In this document: piece by piece, positions 28,917 to 37,413 of the stretch
How positions within the stretch are numbered: position 1 is the first letter of the stretch
Layout of the letters: every line of letters begins with the position of its first letter
Assembly: GCA_964577145.1 (NCBI GenBank)
Contig: CAZNXM010000004.1
Span: 1,747-65,746 of the forward strand
DNA length: 64,000 bases
Direction: 5' to 3'
Source: an uncultured Candidatus Poseidoniales archaeon
GTDB lineage: Archaea > Thermoplasmatota > Poseidoniia > Poseidoniales > Poseidoniaceae
Translations under genes and position numbers: made by a program
The notes under the pieces: model-generated
What the model was told of the DNA's origin: nothing
What the model saw: the letters and a program-made list of their open reading frames with translations, nothing else
Database searches by the model: none

Positions 28917-30434
28917 ATGGCGCGCAAGAAGAAGAACAAAATCATCGTCGATCTCGATCTTCCAAAGGATGATTCAACAATGACAAAACTCTATGCGATT
29001 TTGATGGTTACAGGCTTCATCGGCTTGGGTTGTTTTGGATTTTGGCTAACTAATTCTCACTTTACAACTTCACCAAATGGTCAACCATTATTCGTTAATC
29101 TAGCCTGTGGTTTTGATTCAACTGTAGAACTAACTCCGACATTAAATGAAACCTGCCCCATGTTGGAGGATACTCCAACTCCAATTATCTATGAAACTGA
29201 AGAGCCATGGCTTGAGTTTAAAGAGCAGGGTCAGTATTTCGATGTACCTGGACGTAATATTTCTGAATTAAATGGCGCCCCTCCTCCAGTCCAACCATTT
29301 ACGGGCACATGCAATATCGATTCATCTCTACCGGCTGATTATTCATTTAGAATCTACCACACCGATGGCCAAATAGTCGCAAGGCATGATGGTAATAGCC
29401 ACGATGAGAATGACAAGTGTTACCTCCATGTAGAGAATATGGAAGTGGCGAATATGTATTCAGTTGTAATTGTTTCAAATGAAGAAATTAATTCTGCAAC
29501 ATATCGCTTTGAGATGGATTACTTTGATGGCACTCCGGAATATATCAATAACAAATCACTTTGGATTGGTCCAGAAGTAAATCTGGGTGGAATGAGTTTG
29601 AGGCCTACTATTTTCCTCAACTTCTTTGGTTTTGGATTCTTCATGTGTTTCTGGCCGGCTTCTTTCTATTGGGACCGTGTAAAAACAAGAATTAATGATA
29701 TGGAAGAGAAATTCCCTGATTTCTTACGAGATCTTGCAGAGTATTGGAAGGGGGGTTTGTCAATGACTGTAGCGGTTCAAACGTTGGCGAAATCTGAATA
29801 CGGTGCCTTGAACCATGAAGTAAAGAAAATGAGTGACCAATTAAGTTGGGGTGTTGCATTTTCCGATGTCATTCACATGTTTGCAGAACGTGTCGGTACT
29901 CCTCTTGTCAGGCGTGCAATCTCTTTGATTTCTGAGGCTAACCGTGCTGGAGGAAAGATTTCTGATATTCTTGTTACTGCAGCAAATGATAGCCGTGAAA
30001 TTAAGTTCCTTGAGGGCGAACGAGTACGCTCTATTTCATCATACATTTCAGTTATCTGGACTTCATATGGTGTATTCTTAGGAGTTATTGTCGTTCTTGC
30101 TAAGGTTTTCATTCCTGCGATTGCGGGTTCAAATTCTGAACCTAGTGATGAAGGAGATGGTGGCGGTCAAGCTATTGGAAACATGGTTATCAGAAATATC
30201 GAGCCTCTGTTTTTCCTGACGATTTTCTATTATGGTGTTACGATGCAAGCATTGGGTAATGGAAATATGGCTGGACTGATGGCTACTGGAAGATTTAGCA
30301 GTGGAATGAAGCATGCTGGGCTGATGATTCTTCTTTCCTTACTATGTTTCAATTTCATCGTTTACACCCCCGACCTCATAGGAATTACAACTTTGCCAGG
30401 CTTCAATGTCTCAGCTGGTGTTTTCAGACCATGA
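28917..30434 (+). CDS. FlaJ/ArlJ-like membrane platform protein, C-terminal half with ~200 aa extracytoplasmic insertion
   Basis: Preceded by RBS GGAGGTGAGGAT. N-terminal TM, then a Cys-containing hydrophilic insert, then a T2SSF-like domain (LRDLAEYWKGGLSMTVAVQTLAKSEYGALNHEVKKM...LISEANRAGGKISDIL) and C-terminal TM helices. Confidence 0.65.
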   Translation: MARKKKNKIIVDLDLPKDDSTMTKLYAILMVTGFIGLGCFGFWLTNSHFTTSPNGQPLFVNLACGFDSTVELTPTLNETCPMLEDTPTPIIYETEEPWLEFKEQGQYFDVPGRNISELNGAPPPVQPFTGTCNIDSSLPADYSFRIYHTDGQIVARHDGNSHDENDKCYLHVENMEVANMYSVVIVSNEEINSATYRFEMDYFDGTPEYINNKSLWIGPEVNLGGMSLRPTIFLNFFGFGFFMCFWPASFYWDRVKTRINDMEEKFPDFLRDLAEYWKGGLSMTVAVQTLAKSEYGALNHEVKKMSDQLSWGVAFSDVIHMFAERVGTPLVRRAISLISEANRAGGKISDILVTAANDSREIKFLEGERVRSISSYISVIWTSYGVFLGVIVVLAKVFIPAIAGSNSEPSDEGDGGGQAIGNMVIRNIEPLFFLTIFYYGVTMQALGNGNMAGLMATGRFSSGMKHAGLMILLSLLCFNFIVYTPDLIGITTLPGFNVSAGVFRP

Positions 30435-30447
30435 GGTGGCAGAGTTG

Positions 30448-30888
30448 TACGATGACGACTCAGGACAGATTCACATCCTTGAGATGTTGACATTATTCTG
30501 GCTCTTTTTCATGTCAGCAACTTTTCTAATTCAAATCCAGGTGCCAGATTCTCCATCACAGTCTATTGATGCAAGTATGGAGTTCGCAGGACAAGATGCC
30601 ATCCGATATGGCCTTGGTATTGACTCTCAGGGAGGCGAATATGACTCTAGACTTGCTGAATTACTTTCCAGTGGTAACGAGGACGCAGCATGCGAACTAA
30701 TCCAAGGAGCGATAACAAGTGGTTACGAAGGAAATTGTTGGCTAGCCCGTGATTCAGGAACTAGTCACCCTGCAGGAGAAGTAGGGACTCCTGCTGGCCG
30801 TACAATCACTACACATTCACTAGTTGCAGTCGATGACCATCTGTGGACGGTCTCACTTGATGTGTGGACTCGAGGAGGTGGCGAGTGA
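30448..30888 (+). CDS. Small pilin-like protein with class-III-like signal peptide (acidic leader + GQ + hydrophobic helix)
   Basis: ...YDDDSGQIHILEMLTLFWLFFMSATFLIQ. RBS-like gaggtgg at 30436-30442. The ORF opens at 30406 overlapping the upstream gene; a GTG/TTG start is likely, so coordinates are approximate. Confidence 0.35.
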   Translation, partial: YDDDSGQIHILEMLTLFWLFFMSATFLIQIQVPDSPSQSIDASMEFAGQDAIRYGLGIDSQGGEYDSRLAELLSSGNEDAACELIQGAITSGYEGNCWLARDSGTSHPAGEVGTPAGRTITTHSLVAVDDHLWTVSLDVWTRGGGE

Positions 30889-31319
30889 TGCTATCTGAAA
30901 GGGATGAAGAGGGTCAAATGCTCTTGGCAACAGGCATAGTACTGATGATGTCACTTCTTTCGATGGCCATTTTTGGAGTAAAGATGGCAGGAATTGCAAT
31001 GCCACACGACCCTGCGGGTGATACTACAATCACCGCTTCAGGAGAAGTGGTGGAATCATTGCCTGCATTGACTTACGATAGAGCCCAAATCTGGTATGAT
31101 GGTGGCTTATCTGAGTTAGAGAGTGTAGAGAAAGCGATGGCCTCGTTACACGACGACATCTTACACCATGGTGAGATTAGAGGAGTAGAACTCAAATTAC
31201 TCGACATTACAGTAAGTGAGTTGGACGGTATTATCACTGTAAATTGTGAATTGGGGGCTGCTGATAGAAATGCAATGCTTGCAAATCCAATCGAGTTTAC
31301 TATTGATCTCGATGTTTAA
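30888..31319 (+). CDS. Small pilin-like / FlaF-FlaG-like protein with class-III-like signal peptide
   Basis: MLSERDEEGQMLLATGIVLMMSLLSMAIFG, then a ~110 aa soluble domain. Its start ATG overlaps the upstream stop (TGATG), and an RBS gaggaggtg lies 8 nt upstream. Confidence 0.45.
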   Translation: MLSERDEEGQMLLATGIVLMMSLLSMAIFGVKMAGIAMPHDPAGDTTITASGEVVESLPALTYDRAQIWYDGGLSELESVEKAMASLHDDILHHGEIRGVELKLLDITVSELDGIITVNCELGAADRNAMLANPIEFTIDLDV

Positions 31320-31982
31320 TCAATGTGCTTTACGCCATTCATTCCAAGCGAGGTCCATCCAGTGATGAATTCTCTCAAGAGAATCGTCGACCCTTGTTGG
31401 GTCCAAAGTATTCCAATCTGCAATCTTTGCTTTTTCGAGCAATGATTCCTGAATTGCTCGTATCCTTGGCAATGCAGAGATGTATCTCTCAGCATTACGG
31501 AATGAATGACTTTCTCTTTGCTTGAGGAAAGAGGTATGCTGCTTTTCATCATCTACATGCATTACCACTCCAATAGCAATACCTCCCGCTTCAGTCCAAG
31601 ACCTCAGTAATCTCGCACTTGGCTCAAGATGAACTCCTTCGAGAACAAGGTCAATTCCTTCCCTTCGAGCTCGTTCAATAGTGGCTAGAACACCTGCTTC
31701 AACAGCGGTACAGGTATCTTGCCAGTCAAGAACAGCATCACCTGCTTCACCTCTACTGAACGAAGACCGGTGAAGTGGACCATGGCCATCTTCGTCCATT
31801 ACTCGCATTACCTCTCTGACCGCATCGGTTGAGAGCAAGCGTGAGAATGAACGTGAATGTGCGAGTTTGACTGCAGTGGTTGATTTCCCCACTCCAGTAG
31901 CCCCAGAGATTAGCACCAGTATTGGCGGTTTACCGGTTACAGTAGTAGTGGTCGCCTCAGCGATGCCAATGCGCTGCGCCAT
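31320..31982 (-). CDS. 2-phosphoglycerate kinase-like P-loop ATPase
   Basis: P-loop ILVLISGATGVGKSTTAVKLA followed by LLSTDAVREVMR, resembling archaeal 2-phosphoglycerate kinase. Confidence 0.55.
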   Translation of the reverse strand: MAQRIGIAEATTTTVTGKPPILVLISGATGVGKSTTAVKLAHSRSFSRLLSTDAVREVMRVMDEDGHGPLHRSSFSRGEAGDAVLDWQDTCTAVEAGVLATIERARREGIDLVLEGVHLEPSARLLRSWTEAGGIAIGVVMHVDDEKQHTSFLKQRESHSFRNAERYISALPRIRAIQESLLEKAKIADWNTLDPTRVDDSLERIHHWMDLAWNEWRKAH

Positions 31983-32062
31983 GAGAGGGTGCTATGCACC
32001 CTCGCTAATCAACACCTCCCTCGATGCGAGAGGCTTTGAGCAGGTTCCTCTTCGCCTCAAGC

Positions 32063-33499
32063 ATGGCGAGCGAGCAGATGCTAATCGCAGGAGAATGGTG
32101 CGATGCTGAGGATGGAGGAACAGGAGATGTACTCAACCCAGCTACAGGAGAGATAATTGCAACGGTTCCTAAGGCTACAATTGCAGATGTTGATCGCTGC
32201 GTTGCCGCGTCGAGAGAAGCCCTCAAGAGCAAAGATTGGGCATTGATAGACCCAGCACAACGCGGACGTATTTTGAATAAAATGGCCGCAGCAACCTATG
32301 CAAACGCCAAGTCGCTTGCAGCCCTTGAGTCATCCAATAATGGTAAGACATTCAGAGAAGCTCTCAGTGAAATTCGTTACGGTGCATGGACCCTAGAGTA
32401 CTTTGCTGGCCTATCCGATAAAATCGAAGGTAGTACAATTCCAGTTCCAGGTAACCGCTTGAATTACACATTGCGCCAACCACTTGGCGTAACGGCACAC
32501 ATCGTACCATGGAATTTCCCACTACAATTGGCAATTCGTTCAATTGCACCCGCTCTTGCGGCAGGTTGTACAGTTATTTCCAAGCCGGCCTCGTGGACGC
32601 CGCTCTCATTGCTCGCTTGGGCGAAGGCAATGGAAGAGGCTGAAGTTGGGTTGCCTACTGGTGTACTTCAGGTAATCACTGGGTCAGGAGGACTGATTGG
32701 AGATGCTTTAGCAGGTCATTCAGGTGTTGATGGAATCATTCTTACCGGTGGGGTGCCAACCGGACAAGCGGTAATGGCAAAGGCAAGTGAGAATCTCACT
32801 CCAGTAACTCTGGAACTTGGAGGTAAAGGCGCAAATATTGTATTCCCTGATGCTAATCTACGCCATTGTGCCAAAGCGATTTGCTTTGGAATATTCATGA
32901 ATGCAGGACAGATGTGTTGGGCTGGTTCCCGGCTGATTGTCCATGAGGACGTACATGATGAATTGGTTGAAGCGATTGTTGCTGAAATCAGCAAGTGGCC
33001 AGTAGGTCCCGGTATGGAAGAGGGAGTTCGTATGGGAAGTATGGTCCATACATCTCATCGTGATGATGTGCTCGACATGTTGGCTAAAGGCCTAACCGAA
33101 GGCGGTGAGGTTGTGTGTGGAGGAAATGCCCTCGACCGTGAGGGCGCGTTTATGGAAGCAACAGTGGTCACAGGAGTTTCAAGTGATAATCTACTATTCC
33201 AAGAGGAATTATTCGGGCCGGTTCTAGCAGTTACTACATTTACAGATGATTCGGAGGCTCTTGCTTTGGCAAATGATACTCCATTTGGATTACTAAATGG
33301 AATCTGGACCAACAACTTGTCCAGAGCTCATCGCTTTGCCCATGATGTCGAAAGTGGAATGGTATCGATAAATGAATATCCAATCACCTTCCCACAGACA
33401 GCCTTCACCGGGTGGAAGCAATCAGGTATTGGGGTAGAGCAAAGTCAAGATGCACTTCGTTTCTATACCAAGGTAAAGAATGTCAACGTTAAGTTGTGA
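32063..33499 (+). CDS. NAD(P)+-dependent aldehyde dehydrogenase
   Basis: ALDH motifs ELGGKGANIVF, catalytic Cys region NAGQMCWAGSRL, EELFGPV. The ORF opens at 32024. Confidence 0.85.
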   Translation: MASEQMLIAGEWCDAEDGGTGDVLNPATGEIIATVPKATIADVDRCVAASREALKSKDWALIDPAQRGRILNKMAAATYANAKSLAALESSNNGKTFREALSEIRYGAWTLEYFAGLSDKIEGSTIPVPGNRLNYTLRQPLGVTAHIVPWNFPLQLAIRSIAPALAAGCTVISKPASWTPLSLLAWAKAMEEAEVGLPTGVLQVITGSGGLIGDALAGHSGVDGIILTGGVPTGQAVMAKASENLTPVTLELGGKGANIVFPDANLRHCAKAICFGIFMNAGQMCWAGSRLIVHEDVHDELVEAIVAEISKWPVGPGMEEGVRMGSMVHTSHRDDVLDMLAKGLTEGGEVVCGGNALDREGAFMEATVVTGVSSDNLLFQEELFGPVLAVTTFTDDSEALALANDTPFGLLNGIWTNNLSRAHRFAHDVESGMVSINEYPITFPQTAFTGWKQSGIGVEQSQDALRFYTKVKNVNVKL

Positions 33500-34269
33500 T
33501 TCTCATGAACATCGAAGATGTGGATGGAGTCAAGGTTCTCCACCTAACTGGTGGTAGTGCAGCCAAGTCGTTCAGCAGGGAATTTTTACCCAAGATTGCA
33601 GATGCAGTGAACTCACTCATGGGTGAGAAAGCAGTAGTCATCACTGGTGAGGGTAAGTTCTTCTCAGCAGGCGCAGATATCAATGCCTTTCAGAAATCAA
33701 TAGATGAAGGCGATAGCGTTGATCTCATCAGAGAACTTACTGGAATCCTTCACCCCTTACTATTGAAAATGAGAACATCGCCAACAATCTTTGTCGCTGC
33801 TCTCAATGGAGCATCTGCTGGAGGCGGACTTGGGCTTGCACTTGCTTGTGATGCAAGAATCGCTTCGCCCGATGGAAAGATGGCAGCATCTTATGCTGGC
33901 ATGGGACTTTCTCCTGATGGCGGAACAACTTGGCTTCTACCACGTCTAGTTGGAGAGCAAGCAGCGCGTAGTTTCTTCCTCGGGAATAAGGTCTGGGATG
34001 CGCAGGAAGCATGTCGTTTAGGCGCAATCGACCAAGTTGTCGCTGCTGACAATTTATTGGCGCGTGCAATCCATGTCGCAAGGACTTGGTCCCAGTGGGG
34101 AAATCATACCAAAGAAGCGACCAAGCATCTTTTGCTAACTCAGAATATCAATGACTTCGAAACCCATCTTACACATGAGAGGACCCTCATAGAAGCCGCA
34201 GGTACTACTGGAGAATTTGCCGAAGGTGTCAGGGCATTCTTAGAGAAAAGAAAGCCAGATTTTTCCTAA
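33496..34269 (+). CDS. Enoyl-CoA hydratase/isomerase (crotonase) family protein
   Basis: ALNGASAGGGLGLALACDARIAS. Confidence 0.8.
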   Translation: MILMNIEDVDGVKVLHLTGGSAAKSFSREFLPKIADAVNSLMGEKAVVITGEGKFFSAGADINAFQKSIDEGDSVDLIRELTGILHPLLLKMRTSPTIFVAALNGASAGGGLGLALACDARIASPDGKMAASYAGMGLSPDGGTTWLLPRLVGEQAARSFFLGNKVWDAQEACRLGAIDQVVAADNLLARAIHVARTWSQWGNHTKEATKHLLLTQNINDFETHLTHERTLIEAAGTTGEFAEGVRAFLEKRKPDFS

Positions 34270-34300
34270 TGTTAATAGCCCGTCGGGTTTCAGATTACGA

Positions 34301-34321
34301 AGGTAATGCCGGGCATTACCT
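34301..34321 (+). promoter_or_regulatory. 21-bp perfect palindrome aggtaatgcc-g-ggcattacct between the crotonase gene and the next ORF
   Basis: 10-bp perfect inverted repeat, 14 nt upstream of the ATG at 34335. It could be a terminator hairpin or a dimeric regulator site. Confidence 0.35.
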
Positions 34322-34334
34322 GAGGTGAACCGGA

Positions 34335-34853
34335 ATGGATGAAGACAGCTATAACAAGATAATGAAGGCACAATACGAGGACTTATCGAATAACTGCAAT
34401 GCAATAATTTCCTTTGAAGATTATGCATGCAAAGTAGACTGTCAATATCGATGTGATTTCGGACTCCCTCCTCAAATCGATGAGAAGGCGGCGTTTCGCT
34501 TGAAGAGTGCTGCTGTCAAAGTAGGAAGGGAGTTTATCGATAATGATGAGGAAGTACAATGGGAAGCAGAGAAAGAGAATCGTCTGCAATATATGAAGGA
34601 TAGACTACAAGCGGCAATTGAAGATTATCTGGATTACAAAACAATACGTCTTGAAGCACCATTTCCGTTAAATCGTCGATTCAAAAGAAAGGATATCACA
34701 ATGCTAGAGGGAGCCCATCTTGAGCCGGAGGAAGTAGATGAGTTTGGAGGCTTTGGCGAGGCTTTTGAAACTCTTTTCAAGGAAGGTTACTACAGAGTGG
34801 TAGAAGAAGGTGGTCATTCCAAACACGATGTGTTTCAAGCTCTAGCGGTTTGA
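34335..34853 (+). CDS. Hypothetical acidic protein
   Basis: 172 aa with no recognisable motif; contains a CxxxC...C cluster near the N-terminus. Confidence 0.4.
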   Translation: MDEDSYNKIMKAQYEDLSNNCNAIISFEDYACKVDCQYRCDFGLPPQIDEKAAFRLKSAAVKVGREFIDNDEEVQWEAEKENRLQYMKDRLQAAIEDYLDYKTIRLEAPFPLNRRFKRKDITMLEGAHLEPEEVDEFGGFGEAFETLFKEGYYRVVEEGGHSKHDVFQALAV

Positions 34854-35039
34854 GAACTTGACAAAAATTTCACATGTAGAATAAGTAGATCCCCAATCCA
34901 ATTATTGGGCCATAGAAAAGAATTGAAATCAGGATACGCCCTTTTCGACTCTTTTCAATATTCTCGATGAGTTCACCGATTGGTTCGGCGAGTTCAAGGG
35001 GGTCTACCATGGGTGATGTTTGGAAACCGACCCTGTAAA

Positions 35040-35936
35040 TTATTCGCCGGTATCTGGCAATTCAGTTTCTTCGGCAGAACCTGATGACCAGTCATAGATA
35101 CCCTTTCCACTCTTTTTACCAAGTCTGCCCTCTGCTACTAATTTCTCGAGTAGCGGGTGCGGGGCATAGGACTCATCATCGAATGATTCCATGAGATTGA
35201 GAAGGATATCCCGACGTACATCAAGACCTACTAGGTCGGTAAGCGCTAGCGGCCCCATCGGGTGTTTGTATCCTAGAACCATCGCGGTATCGATATCCTT
35301 AGCAGAAGCAACACCATCTGCAAGCATACGAATTGCCTCATTGCCGAGTACAACTCCAAGGCGACTGGTAGCGAAACCAGGGACGTCTTTGACAAGAATA
35401 GTAGTTTTTCCCATCGCTTCACCAGCAGCTTTGGCAAATGCCACAGTTTCGTTTGAGCACGAGTCGTGCGCAACAAGTTCGAGGAGTTTCATTATCGGAA
35501 CCGGATTGAAGAAATGCATACCGATCACTTTGGCAGGTCTTCCAGAAGCCGCAGCAATATCGGCAATAGATAGAGATGAAGTATTGGTTCCAAGAATACA
35601 ATCTTCTGTGGTCATTGCTCCTAGGTCCGCAAAAATTTCGTGTTTGAGTGAAGGAATCTCCGGAACTGCTTCAATCACCATATCAACATCTGCAACAGCC
35701 TGTGCCATGTCATCATATGGTGTCAACAGAGTGGACCAGGCCGCCTTCTGTTCTGGTGTGGTTTTGCCACGGGCAATCCCCTTGTCCCAGAATGCATCAA
35801 TATTGGCCATGCCACGTGCTAATCCTTCGGGAAATGCATCGAAAAGATTGGTCTTCCAGCCAGCCTGAGCGCAGACTTGAGCAATTCCTGCACCCATAGT
35901 ACCGGCGCCGATAACCGCAACCGACTTGACCGCCAT
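35040..35936 (-). CDS. 3-hydroxyacyl-CoA (3-hydroxybutyryl-CoA) dehydrogenase
   Basis: N-terminal Rossmann VAVIGAGTMGAGIAQVCAQAG and a 3HCDH-type C-terminal domain. Confidence 0.85.
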   Translation of the reverse strand: MAVKSVAVIGAGTMGAGIAQVCAQAGWKTNLFDAFPEGLARGMANIDAFWDKGIARGKTTPEQKAAWSTLLTPYDDMAQAVADVDMVIEAVPEIPSLKHEIFADLGAMTTEDCILGTNTSSLSIADIAAASGRPAKVIGMHFFNPVPIMKLLELVAHDSCSNETVAFAKAAGEAMGKTTILVKDVPGFATSRLGVVLGNEAIRMLADGVASAKDIDTAMVLGYKHPMGPLALTDLVGLDVRRDILLNLMESFDDESYAPHPLLEKLVAEGRLGKKSGKGIYDWSSGSAEETELPDTGE

Positions 35937-35959
35937 GACCTATCCTAACAGGCCTTGGT

Positions 35960-36853
35960 TCATGACGATTCCTTGGATTGAGCGTAAGCCACTCCGCCTA
36001 CAATGAGCGCAAATGATGCTACAAGTGACCACCCCAGCATCTCATCGATGAGCGCCCAACCCGATAGTATTCCAAATAATGGAACGAGATAGACATAGAG
36101 AGCAGCTCTACCTGCGCCTATGGTTTTGATTCCATCAGCAAACCAAACATAACTCATCACAGTTGAGGCGATGGCGAGGAATGCAAGCCATCCCCAAGCC
36201 TCCATTGAAGCATGGGGCCAGCCATAATCACTCATCTCCCACAATGCAGTAGGCGTTTGGATTAGTAAGCCAACCGAACTTGCCCAAACCGTGAGGTGGA
36301 GCGGTGACAGAGCATCATCGCCACTCATCGCCTTTTTCATCAAAATAGTTGCCCCAGCCCAAGAGAGCGCGGCCAGTCCGATCAGCGCATCTCCAAGAAG
36401 TCGCTCATCAACTGGGAGATTGACATTTGGAGAGTACCATGCTATCACAATAACACCACTTACCGCTGCTAATAGACCAATTACCAGCCTTCGGTCCAAC
36501 TTCTCCCCGAGGAATGGTATTGCTAACAAGGCGGTAAAAAGTGGATTGAAAGTGATCATCAGCGATGCATCTCCTGCGGCAGTCCATTTCATTCCATACA
36601 TGAAGAATGCTTGATAGACGAAGGTAGACAGAAAGCCGATCATGGCAATGTTTCGCCATTGTTCTCTCTTTGGAAACACCCATTTTCCAGATATTTTTAG
36701 ATAGATTAGGAAACAGAATACCGCAAGAATATAGCGCAACCATCCAGCGGTAAAGGGAGGTATTTCCAGAGCAACTACTCGACCAGCAACCCAACCTACT
36801 CCCCAAATAATTGCTACAACGAGCAACTTGACGTGGGTCGTTGCATTCTTCAT
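35960..36853 (-). CDS. EamA/DMT-family transporter
   Basis: 297 aa with ten TM helices and a duplicated EamA-like layout. Confidence 0.7.
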   Translation of the reverse strand: MKNATTHVKLLVVAIIWGVGWVAGRVVALEIPPFTAGWLRYILAVFCFLIYLKISGKWVFPKREQWRNIAMIGFLSTFVYQAFFMYGMKWTAAGDASLMITFNPLFTALLAIPFLGEKLDRRLVIGLLAAVSGVIVIAWYSPNVNLPVDERLLGDALIGLAALSWAGATILMKKAMSGDDALSPLHLTVWASSVGLLIQTPTALWEMSDYGWPHASMEAWGWLAFLAIASTVMSYVWFADGIKTIGAGRAALYVYLVPLFGILSGWALIDEMLGWSLVASFALIVGGVAYAQSKESS

Positions 36854-37413
36854 TTGAATCGCTCCAAACCAAGTTGCAGAATTCTGGCTCTTGGAAGCCC
36901 GATTTCAGGCATACCTGCAGCAGGGGCGTGTAGTTTCAGACCTTCAATTCGCGTCACATACAATCCGTATGATGCGATGTCATCTGTCTTGAATGGAGTT
37001 GGCAGACCCATACTATCGAGAGTTTGGCATGCTTGCTGACTGTAAATAGGATAGATATTTGTCGAGAAATGCATCCAAGTTGAGATTCTCTTCACATCGA
37101 CATTGTCCAAAGTGAGAAGATGTTCGAGCATACCAACATCTGGGTACTTCACGGTTTGAAGAGCCATACTCACTTCCATAGCAACATCTTCAGTAAGGGC
37201 TAATGGAGAGTTTGCTGCCCACATATCAGCATGTGAAAGATGTTCCATTACATCGTCACCAGTAATGGAGAACAAGGCTTTCTGGTATTCTCGGTCGGTA
37301 TATACATCTTCTACCAAGGAGGGTAACTCTAGGTAAAATTGCTCGAGCCTTTCCTCATCGACGCCATAGAGCGAAACGGGAATCAATTGAATCAACTCAA
37401 GCCGTTGCGCCAA
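36850..37413 (-). CDS. Hypothetical protein downstream of and overlapping the PaaA/BoxB-like gene
   Basis: 187 aa with no motif. A 17-nt overlap with the upstream ORF in another frame could reflect coupling or a frameshifted single gene. Confidence 0.35.
   Translation of the reverse strand: MAQRLELIQLIPVSLYGVDEERLEQFYLELPSLVEDVYTDREYQKALFSITGDDVMEHLSHADMWAANSPLALTEDVAMEVSMALQTVKYPDVGMLEHLLTLDNVDVKRISTWMHFSTNIYPIYSQQACQTLDSMGLPTPFKTDDIASYGLYVTRIEGLKLHAPAAGMPEIGLPRARILQLGLERFK

Noticed and set aside
36850-37413. Calling the PaaA/BoxB-like gene plus the downstream 187 aa ORF a definite frameshifted pseudogene
   Set aside because: The 387 aa product already spans the size of PaaA-type subunits with both diiron motifs. 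The overlap could simply be translational coupling, so it was left as two CDS with a note.
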